Source: Welwitschia mirabilis
Taxonomy: Eukaryota
Direction of reading: 5' to 3'
NCBI GenBank assembly: GCA_051453625.1
Contig: JBOZIK010000001.1
Coordinates: 36,618,492 to 36,653,546, forward strand
Length of the DNA stretch: 35,055 bases
Shown: positions 1 through 12,441 of the stretch, in pieces
Position numbering within the stretch: the first letter of the stretch is position 1
Layout of the letters: each line of letters begins with the position of its first letter
The notes under the pieces: model-generated
Databases searched by the model: none
The model's input: only the letters and a program-made list of their open reading frames with translations
Told to the model about the DNA's origin: nothing
Program-made: the position numbers and the translations under genes

Positions 1-881
1 AATCTAGAACAACATAAACTATGAGGGTAAGTTCCTGCAATTATTAAAAAGAGTAATTCATATTAAAAATAAAAAATAACATCTGTATCACAAAGTAGTC
101 ATTTCTCAATGGAGGATACACCATCTAATACCAAGGTAACATCTCTCTGGATTACAAGATGGTTCTCTAGTCCCAAGATCTCCTATCACAAAAATGTTAG
201 GTACTGTCAAAGATGGTTAGGGATTGAGGGGGAGACCTTTATTTATAGACAGAAAGGTAAAGTAAACTGACAGAAAGGTAAAGTATAAACTCTAGCTAAC
301 ATGCATAAGAAAGTTGCAAATAACAAGTGACAACTTGGGAATACATTCTGTAAAACTATGGAAGAACAGTGTCGTCCTTCAGGTCATCTGGACGATGTAC
401 GAGACGACAAGGATTGACAATGTGTTATCTACTTCACTTCTAGTTTAACTGTCTGTAATCTGCATGCGAAGTCCTATCAAGTGGTTCTAGAGATGTCATC
501 CACTAGTGTCGTCTGGATGATGAGGTGGACGATGATGTCTGATATAGAAGTCTTCAGTTTGTCTAGAAGTTATCTTGAAAGAATTCTATCATATGCTCAA
601 TTAGGATTATCATCCTGACTATCGTGTGAACGACAGAGGGGACGACCGTCTTTTATTTATCTTTTATCAGTTTGATATCTTGCTGTTTGCAGGAATATTT
701 ATCTAAAAATATAATTGATCCATATCTATATGAAATGCTTGTGAATTATTTGATAAACTGCATGTTTTCTTCTTGTGCTCCTAAATTATCGATTGCATAG
801 GAACTTGACATTTATCTATTAGTTTATCTACAAAATAACTCAAAACACCCTATCAAATACATCTAAGTTAGCGTTGCAATA
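1..881 (-). mobile_element. Partial Athila-like (Ty3/gypsy) LTR, truncated by the window edge
   Basis: The end caccctatcaaatacatctaagttagcgttgcaata matches the LTR ends at 10621-10656 and 18921-18957. Segment 107-200 matches 10012-10107. It carries the GTCGTCC/GGACGAC palindrome at 371, 495 and 609. Confidence 0.85.
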
Positions 882-3070
882 ACCCTCCTTTCAGATGGAA
901 TGATATTGAATAATGAGGGAGGAGACTAGAATGATAGTTGAGAAGCTAGAATCAATATGATGGTACCCTACCTCTTAATTTTCTTTATAGAGGCTTAAAC
1001 ACTCTAAATTCACACATTAAGGATTAGAGAAGAAAGAACAAGGAAAGATTCAAATCGAAAAAGAAGCTAAAGGAAGAGTTACAGAAAATTCAAACTCAGA
1101 CTAGGACTATCTTTACAATAGAGAATATAGATGCCTTATAGAATTTAAAGAAATAAATGTAGATGAGAAGCACTATTAGAAGAAAAGATCCAGGATTAAG
1201 TGGCTCAAAAAAGGGAATAGGCATACCAAATTTTTCTTCCAGCAAGCTAACCAACACAGGGCAAATAATAGAATAAGGAGGCTTACTATTAGGGAGCAAG
1301 TAATCGAAAGTGAAGCAGACATAACTAAAGAAATGTAGATCCATCTCAATAACATGTAGGAGTGGAAAGATATCACCCTTGACTTTATTCTAAAAGATAA
1401 GAGAATTTCTAATGAACATAATACTTAGCTAATTAAACCTCTAATTAGAGAAAAAGTTCAGATAGCCTTGAGATCTATGAAGAAAAATACAGCTCCAAGA
1501 TCAAATGAGTAACTAGTAGAACTACTTTCCTATTATGAGAGACAACCTTCATGATGTAATCTAAGGTATTTTTAAGAATAAAAATATTCCTAGAGAAATG
1601 AATAAAACTAGGGTAATCCTCATCTCCAAAAAATGGGAGGCTAGTAAATTAAAAGAATACAAACTGCTAATCATTTGTAACATTATATAAGGATCTTACC
1701 AAAATCATGATGGGCTATATCGCCCTCTGCTTCCCAAAGTGATCTCTAAAACTCAAGCTGTCTTCATCTGATTTAGGTACATGCAAGATCAAATACTTTT
1801 AACTCACGAAATTATTTATCTTATTAAAAAACATAATTTTCCTTTACTCATTGCTAAATTAGATATAGCAAATACTTACCACTTAGTTAATGAGCCTTAG
1901 GGTGCATTCTTAGAAAAATCGAATTTAACTTGAACATCACTAACTTATGGCTAGACATGAAAGATTCTACTAAGTTCAGCATAGAAGTTAATAGTCATAA
2001 ATCTAAATATTTTTCTGTAGGTAAAGGATTAAGGCAAGAGGATCCATTATTCCCATACCTCTTTCTATTTATTATGAATGTTTTATAGGGATTTCTTAGA
2101 AGTAACGGAATGACATAAATCAAAATAAGAAGCCAAATGTTTATTAATAATTACTTCATAGGTAACATAATTATTATGACTCAAGCCTCCCATTAGTAAG
2201 TCAGAGTTATTAAGAACTCCATGAATCCTTTTGCAAATGACATAAGACTCCGAACCAACTGGAATAAGTTTGAAATTCATATTATGAGCAAAAGCATCAT
2301 CAAAAGGGACAAAATCACTAGAATTTTAAATGCAAAAATGGGAGACCTTCAGGAAATCTACCTTGGAATCCCTCTCATAAATTGACATAAGATCCTAACC
2401 TAGAACTTCATCTTAGAATCAATTCAGAGAAAATGCAATGCTTGGTAGAATAAATTCCTTTCCTCTAAAGCCAAAATCATCCTTGCAAATACCTACCTAA
2501 TATCTTCATTCAGATACATAGCCTTTGTTATTGTCCCCTAAAAATTTATAATAAAAAAATAGTTAAATTCTGAAGAAATTCATTTGGTGAGGACGTAAAG
2601 ATAGAAGACACATTTACCTTTGTAAATGAAAGCTCATTGCTTATCCTAAGGAGACAGGAGGTTAGGGAATTCATAGATCAAAGGATTATTTACTCACTAG
2701 AGCACACAAAGTCCTTCAAAGACTTCTCAAGGGTGGTTAACCTTGAAGTAATCTAATAGGTACCCTAGATGGAGCACAAGAGAAGGAGAGTCCTATCTCA
2801 AAAAACATCTCTGTAAGATGGAGCTAAACATCTACGATGATGACATAGCCAAAATAATTCTCATTATGAATTATAGAAAAAATGAGGCCTATAAAAGTTT
2901 TTGGAGGAGGCAAATTCTAGATAAAATCAAGATTTTTTGCTGGTTGAAGGACCATAATCGACCTTTGATAAGAGACTAATTTCTCAAATGTGGAATTTAG
3001 ATGTCTATTAACTATCCAATTTGTGAATCATATCAAGAAGATGCACAACATCTTTTCATCAATGTAAATG
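882..3070 (+). pseudogene. L1-clade LINE ORF2 relic (reverse transcriptase plus zf-RVT), with many stops and frameshifts
   Basis: Decayed plant L1 motifs occur in the expected order: RSRIKWLKKGNRHTKFF (about 1183-1236), KNTAPRSN (KAPGPDG), MNKTRVILISK, ISKTQAVFI..MQDQILLTHE, AKLDIANTY, KGLRQEDPLFPYLF, FIGNII (decayed FADD, about 2155), RLRTNWNK, YLGIPL, PKETGGLG, KIKIFCW...YPICESYQEDAQHLF. Confidence 0.93.
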
Positions 3071-3236
3071 GAGCTTAAACTTGATGAAATTAATAATTAG
3101 TTATTATAATGGTAGAAATGTATCTCAGACGTGTTTAAAGGATAGGATATGCCTGATACTATTGCAAATATGATGTACTCATAATAAAGTAATCTTTAAT
3201 AGAACCCTCCTCCCATTCCCTATAAACACCACCAGA

Positions 3237-4412
3237 AAGATTAAATGGTTTCATGCTCAAATTAAGGAAGCCATGGGGGTCATATCAATAATTGAGTTAT
3301 TAAACCCAAGCTTGTTTGAAGGATGCCCTGTCCTTTAGGATAAGGTACAGGTCCTAGGCTAGGGAGAACTTTTGCATAAATTAAAAGAAGAACCTAAGGC
3401 CAATATCGCCCTATTCTGCAGAAGATGGAGAGGGCAAAGAAACACATTTAGATGAACCTTAATCAAAATTATGGAAGAATCCCTTTCTCACCTGTGGGAT
3501 ATTCCCACAGTAAGGGAAAGAATCCCTCTTAATAGTAAAGGACAGTTGGAGGCCTTCTATTTCTTCTCAAGAGCCATTCCTAAGCGATCTAGTAGCTATA
3601 TTAGCTGCAAGGTGCTTCCGCCCCCATAGGATTTAGGGATAGAAATGATTGACCAATACTTTATTTAGACTAGCTATTATTTAAAGCCTTTAGGGCTACA
3701 TTTTGCCTTTATTAAGGTCTTAGACCTAGAGAATCAAGTTAATTTACCTATTTCTTTATTCAGGAACTATGAAAAAAATATCTCTCAAGGTACTTAGGCC
3801 TTGTTATAGAACTATGAAGAGATTCAAGGGATCTAAAAGCAAGGCCCTCTCATCCCCTTGGTGAGGGACTTTAGAGGAGACTCAACATTTTAGAGAAAAA
3901 AAGAAGAAAAGGTCCAAGAATGATAATGATCCTCAACTTGAGATGGAGACTGAACTGGAAAGTCCTTAGTCTTAGAGAGGGATGACTTTGTTCCCACCCC
4001 AAGAGTTTTGGTTGAGGAAGTGATTCCACCCTCCATCCAGGAAGAGGTATCTTAGGAAGAACCCCTTGTTGAAGNNNNNNNNNNCCGCATTTAGAGCAAG
4101 ACCAAGAGACCCCTCCCTAGAAGAAAGAAGATAGCTTCAATCAATCAAGGAGACAGATTCTTAATCCCATGTGGATTCCTTCTTAAAAGAAGAAGATCAA
4201 GAGCTCTATAAGGACATTAATATGAACCATGCAAGAAGAGAAGTCCTACTAGCTATACTTCATCGATTGAAGTGATGTCTCTTCTTGACCCTAAAAATCT
4301 CACACATATCTTAGTTGAATGTCATTAAGTCAAGTTACCAGAAGAAGGCCTTATAGTTTATGCTTAAGGCCTTATAGTTTATCAAGTTAGGCATGTAAAA
4401 GTTAAAACCCAT
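3237..4412 (+). pseudogene. Decayed ORF of unknown function, probably a retroelement accessory ORF
   Basis: One frame holds for 187 codons (3237-3797) with only isolated TAG/TGA stops: ...QVLG*GELLHKL...IMEESLSHLWDIPTVRE...LPPP*...HFAFIKVLDLENQVNLPISL. A Glu/Pro-rich tail follows. A frame reads through the empty solo-LTR site (VKTH|DLLNGRWVNYK). Confidence 0.5.
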
Positions 4413-5928
4413 TATTACACTACCAATTTATGGTTATTGGATGGGGTTTTATGAGTTATTTTGCAAAACTTTTATACAGGTTTAGGTGCAATTCTGAGGA
4501 TTTTGGAGATCCAAGAGAAAATATAAAAAAAAGTGTAGTTATTATCCAAATTTAATGCATTTAAGAAACTTTCCGATGAATCCTCCATTGTCCACATGAC
4601 AGATAAGATGAAGACTGCTTACATGAACTACTGAGTCACCATTTTGAAGATATTTTTTAATAGTCTATTGTTCCCTTGGTTGTTCAAATGATATCCTAGA
4701 TGACATTAACATGTAACTACCACTGATAGATTCTCTCAGCTGTTTCATCTGTTTCTGAGTGCTTAATAAGCACTCATAACTACACCTTCTCTCTGNNNNN
4801 NNNNNNNNNNNNNNNNNNNNNNNNNNNNNNNNNNNNNNNNNNNNNNNNNNNNNNNNNNNNNNNNNNNNNNNNNNNNNNNNNNNNNNNNNNNNNNNNNNNN
4901 NNNNNNNNNNNNNNNNNNNNNNNNNNNNNNNNNNNNNNACAAGAAGAAATCTCGGAAAATTCTGATTCTTATCCAAATTTGATGTCTTAAAGGTACTTTT
5001 TAATGCACATAGTTTTGAAGAAGGATTAATGGCAAAAATGCTAAAGTTCTCTTCAAGGAAATAATCAAAGAAGACCATTATCCCCTCCATCGTCCCCATA
5101 ACAGGTAAGATAACGACTGCTGATGTGGACCACTAAATCACTGATGAGTCATTGACCTAAGCCATATTTTATAATGTGTTGTCATCCCTCTTATCATCTG
5201 GAGTGTCATTTGGATGACACTGACATGTAACTGACTCTTACAGCTACCCTTGATTGTTTTGTCCATTTCTGAGTTGTAAAGGAGCGTTTCTTTCTACACT
5301 TGCTGTTTGTCTTTTACTGCTATATGTTGTTATAAATAAACCCCTCTTTGACTCTTCTTCTCATCTTCATTAAACCAGAAATCTGCATGACAGGAGGTCG
5401 AAGGGCAAGAGATCCGTCTTAAGTATTGCAGAAAGATGTGTACTTGATGAAGGGCTGTGTATCCTCCATTGAGACCCAGCTGTTTTGTAACCAAGATTCT
5501 TATTACTCTTTCTTAATATAAATTTTGTTTTATTTTCATATTTGCATTGTAGATTTTCTGATGACCCTTATAGTCTATGTTGCCCTTGATTTCTTGATAA
5601 TTTCTTGGGTGATATAGATTATCAAGGGCAACCTTTGTTAAGGCTAAAAGCACGTAGACTTAGTTTAATTTTGCATTCATCTAGATTAGTTGCACTTTAC
5701 ATTTGAATTGAATTCCTTTATTTCCCTGAATTTTTATTTATTTCTGGTTCCTATATTCCTTTTTGCAAAGCAATCTAAGTCTCATCTCACAGACTTCAAC
5801 ATGAATACGACATTTTGGGTCTACTCCCACTCATACTAGTGTGATGTATTGTGTAAGATATCTTTTTTTAGTTATAAATGATAGGATCTCTTTGAATATA
5901 AAAGCTTACATAAATACACACTGCAACA
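4413..5928 (+). mobile_element. Athila-like solo LTR with a 5-bp target-site duplication
   Basis: Starts TATTACAC (decayed TGTTGCAC) and ends CTGCAACA. It is flanked by CCCAT at 4408-4412 and 5929-5933. It is the reverse-complement homologue of LTR 22582-23677. No PBS or PPT is adjacent. Confidence 0.92.
5331..5338 (+). promoter_or_regulatory. LTR TATA box
   Basis: TATAAATA followed by a pyrimidine-rich tract. The reverse-complement TATTTAT occurs at the equivalent position in other LTR copies (about 240, 10144, 18442, 29121). Confidence 0.6.
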
Positions 5929-6186
5929 CCCATGATCTCCTAAATGGAAGATGGGTGAATTACAAGTTAAACTACTAACCCATTGAAGAATGGTAATGTT
6001 TCTTTAAATAATCTGGCTTTTGCATTCTCACCAGCCTATTATTCTCTTTTTGAAAATATTTTTTTAAGTTTATTTTGATATACTTTCATATTAATTTTTT
6101 GTTTTTCCTATGAAGAATAAATTAGGAGAAGAATTTGAATTAAAAACGTTTAGTAAGTGTTCCTCATCCTAAAATTATCACCACTA

Positions 6187-6316
6187 TAATCAACCAAATG
6201 AATAATTTAATTACATTCATGACTTGATAGGAGTTCCAGTACCAACCACGACATCTAAAGATTCAAACCCATAATGTTTAATGGGGATGAAAAGTCTCCC
6301 ACCAGTTGGATTACCA
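6187..6316 (-). mobile_element. tRNA-derived SINE-like element, copy 1
   Basis: The minus strand reads tggtaatccaactggtggg...attatgGGTTTGAATCTttagatg (A-box-like and B-box-like). It aligns with 8207-8330 over both head and body. Confidence 0.55.
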
Positions 6317-6869
6317 TTTCATTGTCTTTTTTACAAGGTGTCATCAAAACTAGTCATTAGCTTTATAAATACTAATATTTGTTAACATAATTAGAACCTT
6401 AATAATGACTATTAAATACTATTTACTAGTAACTAGGGAATCTTGATTAACTAAAAAATAATTATCTCTATAAAAATGTTAAGTTATAAATTCATATATG
6501 GGAAGACATTAGATCTTAAATAGTAAATTAATATAGATCTTTAAAGAAGTTTAATATATTGTAAGTACAAGATTAAGAAGTATATGCTAAGGTTATGAAG
6601 ATAGTGCAACTTGGAAAAAAAATTATGGCTAGATAACATATCATTATAATCAGAGATAAATTCTTTAAAATAATAAAAGACCTTTAAGCATGCATTACTA
6701 CATGATCCTTGAGTGATATGAGACCACTCTGGTAGCATTTCTTGTCCATAGGCTATCAGCTACGTAAGGCTTGACATGAAGGTCTAAATAAAATGAATAT
6801 GTTGTAAAGCAACCAAATTTTTAAGATGTACCCACGAAACTAAGAAATTTTCATCTTACTAATGCTCTA

Positions 6870-7320
6870 ATAAATGGAGGAGAAAATTAATCTCCAACCA
6901 AATTTTACCACTAATTATGGATTTAAAAGGCCATATTTTGTAAAATATAATCCTTAAAGTTAAAAATGTTATCAAATATTTGAAAAATATGGTTGCATTG
7001 ATGTTTTTAGGTTATTCAAACAATGTAAGTTTTAAAACACTTTTAAAGAAATTAATAATGCCTTAAAAGATTTCATAGATCTCCAAGGCAAATATTCTCA
7101 CAACTTGAATAAAACCCTTGAAAGAACATAAGAATGCACATCCAAGCATTTTAAGCCATAAACTAATTAATAAAATAATGTTAGAAACTATCTTCATTGT
7201 TGCAAAAAGGGTAAATGACACTTTCAAATCCATTGTGAATATCTTCTATTAATAGGTAGATCTTGATAAAGGAGAAATCACAAAAAGTGCTATTGTTTTA
7301 GTAAAGCCATTTATTTTTAA
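6870..7320 (-). pseudogene. Second L1 LINE fragment (zf-RVT and C-terminal region)
   Basis: The minus strand gives LKQ*HFL*FLLYQDLPINRRYSQW, then YPFCNNEDSF*HYFIN*FMA*NAW. This matches the zf-RVT pattern (K.FLW..L...LPT...CP.C...ES..HLF..C..A...W). Confidence 0.6.
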
Positions 7321-8206
7321 AGACTTTAATCTCTTAATGTTAATTAATTCTTAATTTAGCACAACCATTCTAAATATACATGACTTCTCAAAATGTATGA
7401 TAATATTTTTTCCCCTACTTTATAAGCATAAAAAGATATGTTCTCTTTTTACCATATTGAGTTTCCAGGTAAAACATAATCAGCTTGAATATGAACTACA
7501 TTATAGGCTTTTTTCTTTTATTTTTTTTTGCCTTTTTTAATTTTTTTTAATTGTTCTAGTGTAGAGGTGATGGGGAAGCATTTGAGCTATAATAAAGTTG
7601 ATGAAAGGTCTCCATGAAATTAATTGATTATTCAAGCAAAGACATGAAACAAAGGTTACAGTGTAATTAAATCAATGAGTTGTTAATAAAGATCTTAAAA
7701 AGAAATTGAAGTTTCATTTAGAAATACTCATCTTCAAACTACAACCTACAATATAGAAGGATAAATACAAAACTTGTTTTAAATAATCCTCTTATAAATC
7801 ATTTCCCATGCAATCCCAACTCTTTTTAAGATAATAAATAATTGAATCTTGACATCTATTAGAGATATAAATTGGTTAATAGAATGGATAGATTTCTAGC
7901 TTGATCTACTCTTTAGAGAATTAATATTTAATCATTCAAAAACTAATTCATATCACTATCTGATGAAATTACGAAAATGAGATAACTACTGACCATAGTG
8001 GGAGATACCTTAAGGAAAAAAATAAAAAGAAAATCACATAGACTTAAATCTCTTTTTACATAACTAAGTAATAAATCATTCATGGAACTCTATGAATTCA
8101 TTTCCTATCATTTTTACATGATCATGTCTAATAACATTAACTATAAAGAACTTTTTTCAAAGAAATGTATCAAAAGGTTTTAAGTTTTAGTCTTTAATGC
8201 ATAGGT

Positions 8207-8330
8207 TGACCATCTAAGTGGTGGGACATTCATGCATCATTTAGGACGTTATAGGTTTGAATCTTAGGATGCATTACTTAACATGTTATAAGGCCTTAAA
8301 CATAATTAACTCAATTTATTTGGATGATCA
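8207..8330 (+). mobile_element. tRNA-derived SINE-like element, copy 2
   Basis: tgaccatctaagtggtggg...gttataGGTTTGAATCTtaggatg, with the B box at 8254-8264. The body cataattaactcaatttatttggatgatca matches copy 1. Confidence 0.55.
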
Positions 8331-8735
8331 TTTCCCTCCCAAGGAAAATAAGGGTACTATCACTAAAATTCTCTAGTTTAACATTAATCTAAAGATTACT
8401 CTGTGTCTATAATGTAATTTTTATATGTGTATATATGTATAAAATCTCTTTCTCTAAAGTTCATATAGGAATATTTATGTCTTAGGTACAACTTGTAAGT
8501 AAACCTTATATATTTAGTGGTTAGCTTGTTAACTAGTAGGGGTTATTAATAGGTTTTAATTCAACTACACAAATCAATAAGATTGGTGAGTATAGTATTA
8601 GTTTTCCATGAATTGATTTTTTTTTAAATTTTAGAGGGATAAAAAGAAGGATAAGAAGGAAAAATAATCATTACATTATAATACATAAATCATAAAACAA
8701 TAAGTTTATTTTATATATAATGCTTCAAATACATA

Positions 8736-8987
8736 TGTAAGATCTATAAATTAGATTAGGAAAAACCCTAGATTATATGAAAATAATGTCAAACATGGAA
8801 TAATGCCAATAGATTAGAAAAACATTATACAAAATAGAAACAAGTAATACCAAAAATGCCTAGGAAAAAATGGTTGAGTTACATATTCATAAGAAGACTA
8901 GAGACTATCCTTAAAAACTTATTATGATATGCTAAATATGGCTGATAAATCTTCTACATGAACTTGAAGCTATTTTTATTTATAACA
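8736..8987 (-). mobile_element. Ty1/copia 3' LTR (about 250 bp)
   Basis: On the minus strand it begins TGTTATA directly after the PPT. The probable end is ...GATCTTACA at 8736; this left boundary is uncertain. Confidence 0.6.
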
Positions 8988-8998
8988 CTCCCCTTTAG
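8988..8998 (-). promoter_or_regulatory. Copia polypurine tract
   Basis: Minus strand ctaaaggggag sits immediately before TG and follows an RNase H C-terminal-like PIDNFKVL...EKLGV. Confidence 0.75.
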
Positions 8999-8999
8999 A

Positions 9000-9401
9000 T
9001 TCATGTGTATAATTTCTTAACACCTAATTTCTCTAGATTGTAAGTGAACTAATTCTCTAGATTGTAAGTGAACTAACTTCTACCACCAACACTTTAAAAT
9101 TATCTATTGGTATAAGGTAATCACGACTAGTGCATGTGGAAGGATAAATGTGCAAAGTAATGACAAAGACATTAAGCATGAAATAAAGCCATTAGAGATA
9201 AATGATTCTCCATTAATATTATCTCAAATATTTCATTCTAATTATGAAAAGTTAAACCTACACCTCTATTAAATTTGGCCATTAATATCTATCACAAATC
9301 TTGGATCAAAATCCCAATAATAGTGAACTAGTAATATGGAGATTCAAAATAAATTTATATTTAATAACTCTAATATAATTTGGTAGATAGACATATCCAC
9401 T
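9000..9401 (-). pseudogene. Copia pol 3' fragment (RT end and RNase H end, internally deleted)
   Basis: YVYLPNYIRVIKYKF continues the MGIKI motif found on the other side of element A. It ends in an ADIFTK/KLG-like relic. A 24-bp tandem duplication lies at 9029-9076. Confidence 0.6.
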
Positions 9402-10656
9402 TATTGCGATGCGTATTGTGCAATCATTACATCCTTAAGCAAATCCTAAAAATCACAAGTATATTTGTAAAATACACACACTAGTATAGATGGGAGTGAA
9501 TCCAAACATCATAATCCATTGAAGGCATAGAAGAGAAGAAAGAGAATTGATTTAAAATAAAATAATTTTGTATTTTTATTTAAGTAGATGAAAATAAACT
9601 ACAAGAGACAATGCAAAGTAAACATGCTATGCAATGAAATGCAAAAGCTACTTTAAATGAAATATCTATTCCATTACCAAATCCTTTGTCACAAAGATTA
9701 GCCCTGTATAATCTAGATAAATCAAGGAAAGTTATCACTAAATCCTAATCAACCTAAGCTATTAGGCACATTGAACAGAATATGGAAAACATACAATATT
9801 ATGCTATGAAATGGAAAATGCAATGCAATGTAGCTATTCTAATAGTTTTAATCTTAACAAAGGTTTCTCTTGTAATCTATATTGTGTATGAAACTATCAC
9901 AGAATCATATTCAACATAAACCATAAGGAAGATGCATACAAGACAATATATAAAAAACAGAGTTTTAATTAAAAGTGAACCAACATCCGTATTACAATGC
10001 AGCAACACCTCAATGAAGGAAACACAACCCAACACCAAAGAAGACTTTTCTCATCAACAATGGATGGATCTCTTGCCCTTTGATCTCTTGTCACGAGAAT
10101 TTCTAGTGCTAAAGAAGATTATTAAAGTCGAGTGTGAAGGTGGTATTTATTATAATAAAAGCATTCTAAAAATAACAAATCTAAGAGATGCAACCAAACC
10201 CCTAACGGTGCATAGAAGGTACATGTCACATTACACAAGCTAGATGAAGTTTGATACATTGACTAAAAATAGTGTCCATCCTGTCTGTCATTTAGACGAT
10301 GGTGGATATGATGACACATTAAGAGAAGTTCTATATTTAGCTTTCATTATTGGTACAACTAGCATCCTTGTTAGCATATATCTCTGTTATCCATACTATC
10401 GTCCAGATGATGAAGGGAATGATTGTCTTTTGGAAGCTCTTCATCAAGTTAAATCAGCCTTATAGATCATTAATTCCTTCTTAGAATGTGAAGTATCAGT
10501 TAATCTAAAATGCCTCTAAATGTGCTATTAATTATGCATTTTTGTGATTTTCTCTTTGACTCTTAATAATAGTTGTTTTCCACTTAAACCTGTCTAAATG
10601 TCCTATAAAATTGCTCAAAATACCCTATCAAACATGTATAATTTGGCATTGCAACA
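9402..10656 (-). repeat. 3' LTR of element A
   Basis: TATTGCGATGC...TTGGCATTGCAACA on the plus strand. It aligns end to end with 17692-18957. Confidence 0.92.
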
Positions 10657-10786
10657 TAGCCTTCCAATTAGCATTATCAGTTCCTGATAAAGTTGACATA
10701 TAGCTATAATTGTAAGTCAAATTGACTAAGATAAATACTAACTAGGAAAATGTAAATTAAGTTTAGAAATCACATTATGCAGGGTC

Positions 10787-12441
10787 AAATCTCAAAATCA
10801 AATAAATTGAATGTTTTATCTTGGTAGATACCATGACCATGACGTCGTCCAATATGTTGTCCAAATGATGATGGGAATGACAAGCTCTTATTTGTAAAAT
10901 CAAATGCCTACAAGTATGCTCATCAGAAAACAAGATAAAAAAATACTTACTAGTACATTAGCCCTCCACTTAAAACATTGAGCACATCGAAGAAATAGAG
11001 ATTAAATGTTATAACAAAGAGAATCATCATAAGATATAACCACAGTAGCTTAGATAAATGATGTGCATGTATAATCAGAAACAGTAATGACTCAAAAGTG
11101 ATATTCATAAATCAAACATTGGGTCTTTTAGCATATTCTACAAGGAAAAATTATATCAAAATAAATAATCATATCATTATTCTCTTCATCTATGATATCC
11201 TACATTATTTGGATTATTGTTGAAAAAAAACCACAAGTATTTTTCTATTAAGTACATATTCTTTACTAAACAATATCCATAATGCATCTCATTCAACTAG
11301 GAGGTATTCATAATCAGATTAGTACATTAGATATGTATATCATGAAAATGTAAAAATGATCTTCAAAAATATAAAATTTTTTCTTAAAATGTCTTAAATT
11401 GTATGTCCTATCTCCCCACCCCCAAGTGAATTAATACATCCCGTATTACATTAACATAAGAAAGAAAAAGATGAACATGTAAGGTAAGTAAAAGTAAACA
11501 AAATAGATGGTACTTGAAGTGGTAGTATGTGCATGAAAAGAAGGGTTAGAAAGAGNNNNNNNNNNNNNNNNNNNNNNNNNNNNNNNNNNNNNNNNNNNNN
11601 NNNNNNNNNNNNNNNNNNNNNNNNNNNNNNNNNNNNNNNNNNNNNNNNNNNNNNNGAAAATCTCAGAATCAAATAAACTGAATGTTTTATCTTGGTAGAT
11701 ATCATAATCATGGTGTCATCCAGAATGTCATCCAGATGATGATAAGGACAACAAGCTCTTCTATTTGTAAAATTAAATGTCTACAAGTATACTCATCAGA
11801 AAACAAGATACAAAATACTTACTAGTGTAGTAGCCCCCCACTGAAAACATTAAATACATCAAATAAATAGATATTGAATGTTATAACAAAAAGAATCATC
11901 ATAAGATATAACCATAGTAGCTTAGATAAATGATGTACATGTATAATCAGAAAAAGTAATAAATGTATAATCAAAAAAAGTAATAACTCAAAAATAATAT
12001 TCATAAATCGAACATTGGGTTTTTAAGCACATTCTACAAGGGAAAATATATCAAAATAAATAATCATATCATTATTCTCTTCATTTATAATCTCCTACAT
12101 TATTTGGATTATCCCTCAAAAAAAACTGCAAGTATTTTGCTATTAAGTACATAGTTTTTACTAAACAATATCCATAATACATCTTATTCAACTAGGATAT
12201 AATCATAATCGGATTAGTACATTATATATGTGTATCATGAAAATGTAAAAATGATCTTTAAAAATTTGAAATTTTTGCTTAAAATATCTTGAAATGTATG
12301 TCCTACCCCAACCAAGTGAATACATCCCATATTACATTAACATAAGAAATAAAAAGATGAAAATGCAAGTTAAGTACAAGTAAACAAAATAGGTGGTACT
12401 TGAAGCAGTAGTATGTACATGAAAAGAAGGGTTAGAAAGAG
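10787..12441. repeat. Direct duplication of about 770 bp (10787-11555 and 11658-12441) across a 100-N gap
   Basis: Both copies start aaatctca(a/g)aatcaaataaa and end gaaaagaagggttagaaagag. They differ by many scattered substitutions and small indels. Confidence 0.9.

Noticed and set aside
248..290. Short tandem duplications (21 bp at 248, about 20 bp at 4345, 24 bp at 9029)
   Set aside because: Ordinary slippage or repair duplications in decaying elements.
371..646. Palindromic LTR motifs as hammerhead ribozyme (retrozyme) cores
   Set aside because: I found no CUGANGA plus GAAA core in the required stem arrangement, and the LTRs and elements are much larger than retrozymes.
2083..2280. Minus-strand 65-aa ORF, possibly an inversion inside the LINE
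   Set aside because: The plus strand reads continuously through the decayed FADD, GLxxNxxKS and YLGIPL motifs, so this ORF is an antisense shadow.
4756..4776. Perfect 10-bp-arm inverted repeat tgagtgctta-a-taagcactca (also ctgtggga-tat-tcccacag near 3492)
   Set aside because: Each is a single occurrence, and the 4756 repeat is not kept in the duplicated module. They are probably chance or local template-switch products.
8511..8565. Further A/B-box-like strings here and at about 34335-34390 (minus)
   Set aside because: Too degenerate, with no body similarity to the two SINE-like copies. No tRNA cloverleaf can be formed.
9932..10465. ORFs of 103 and 73 aa, with a similar ORF at 18286-18513
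   Set aside because: They lie inside the LTRs. Their similarity reflects LTR duplication, and the frames are not preserved between copies.
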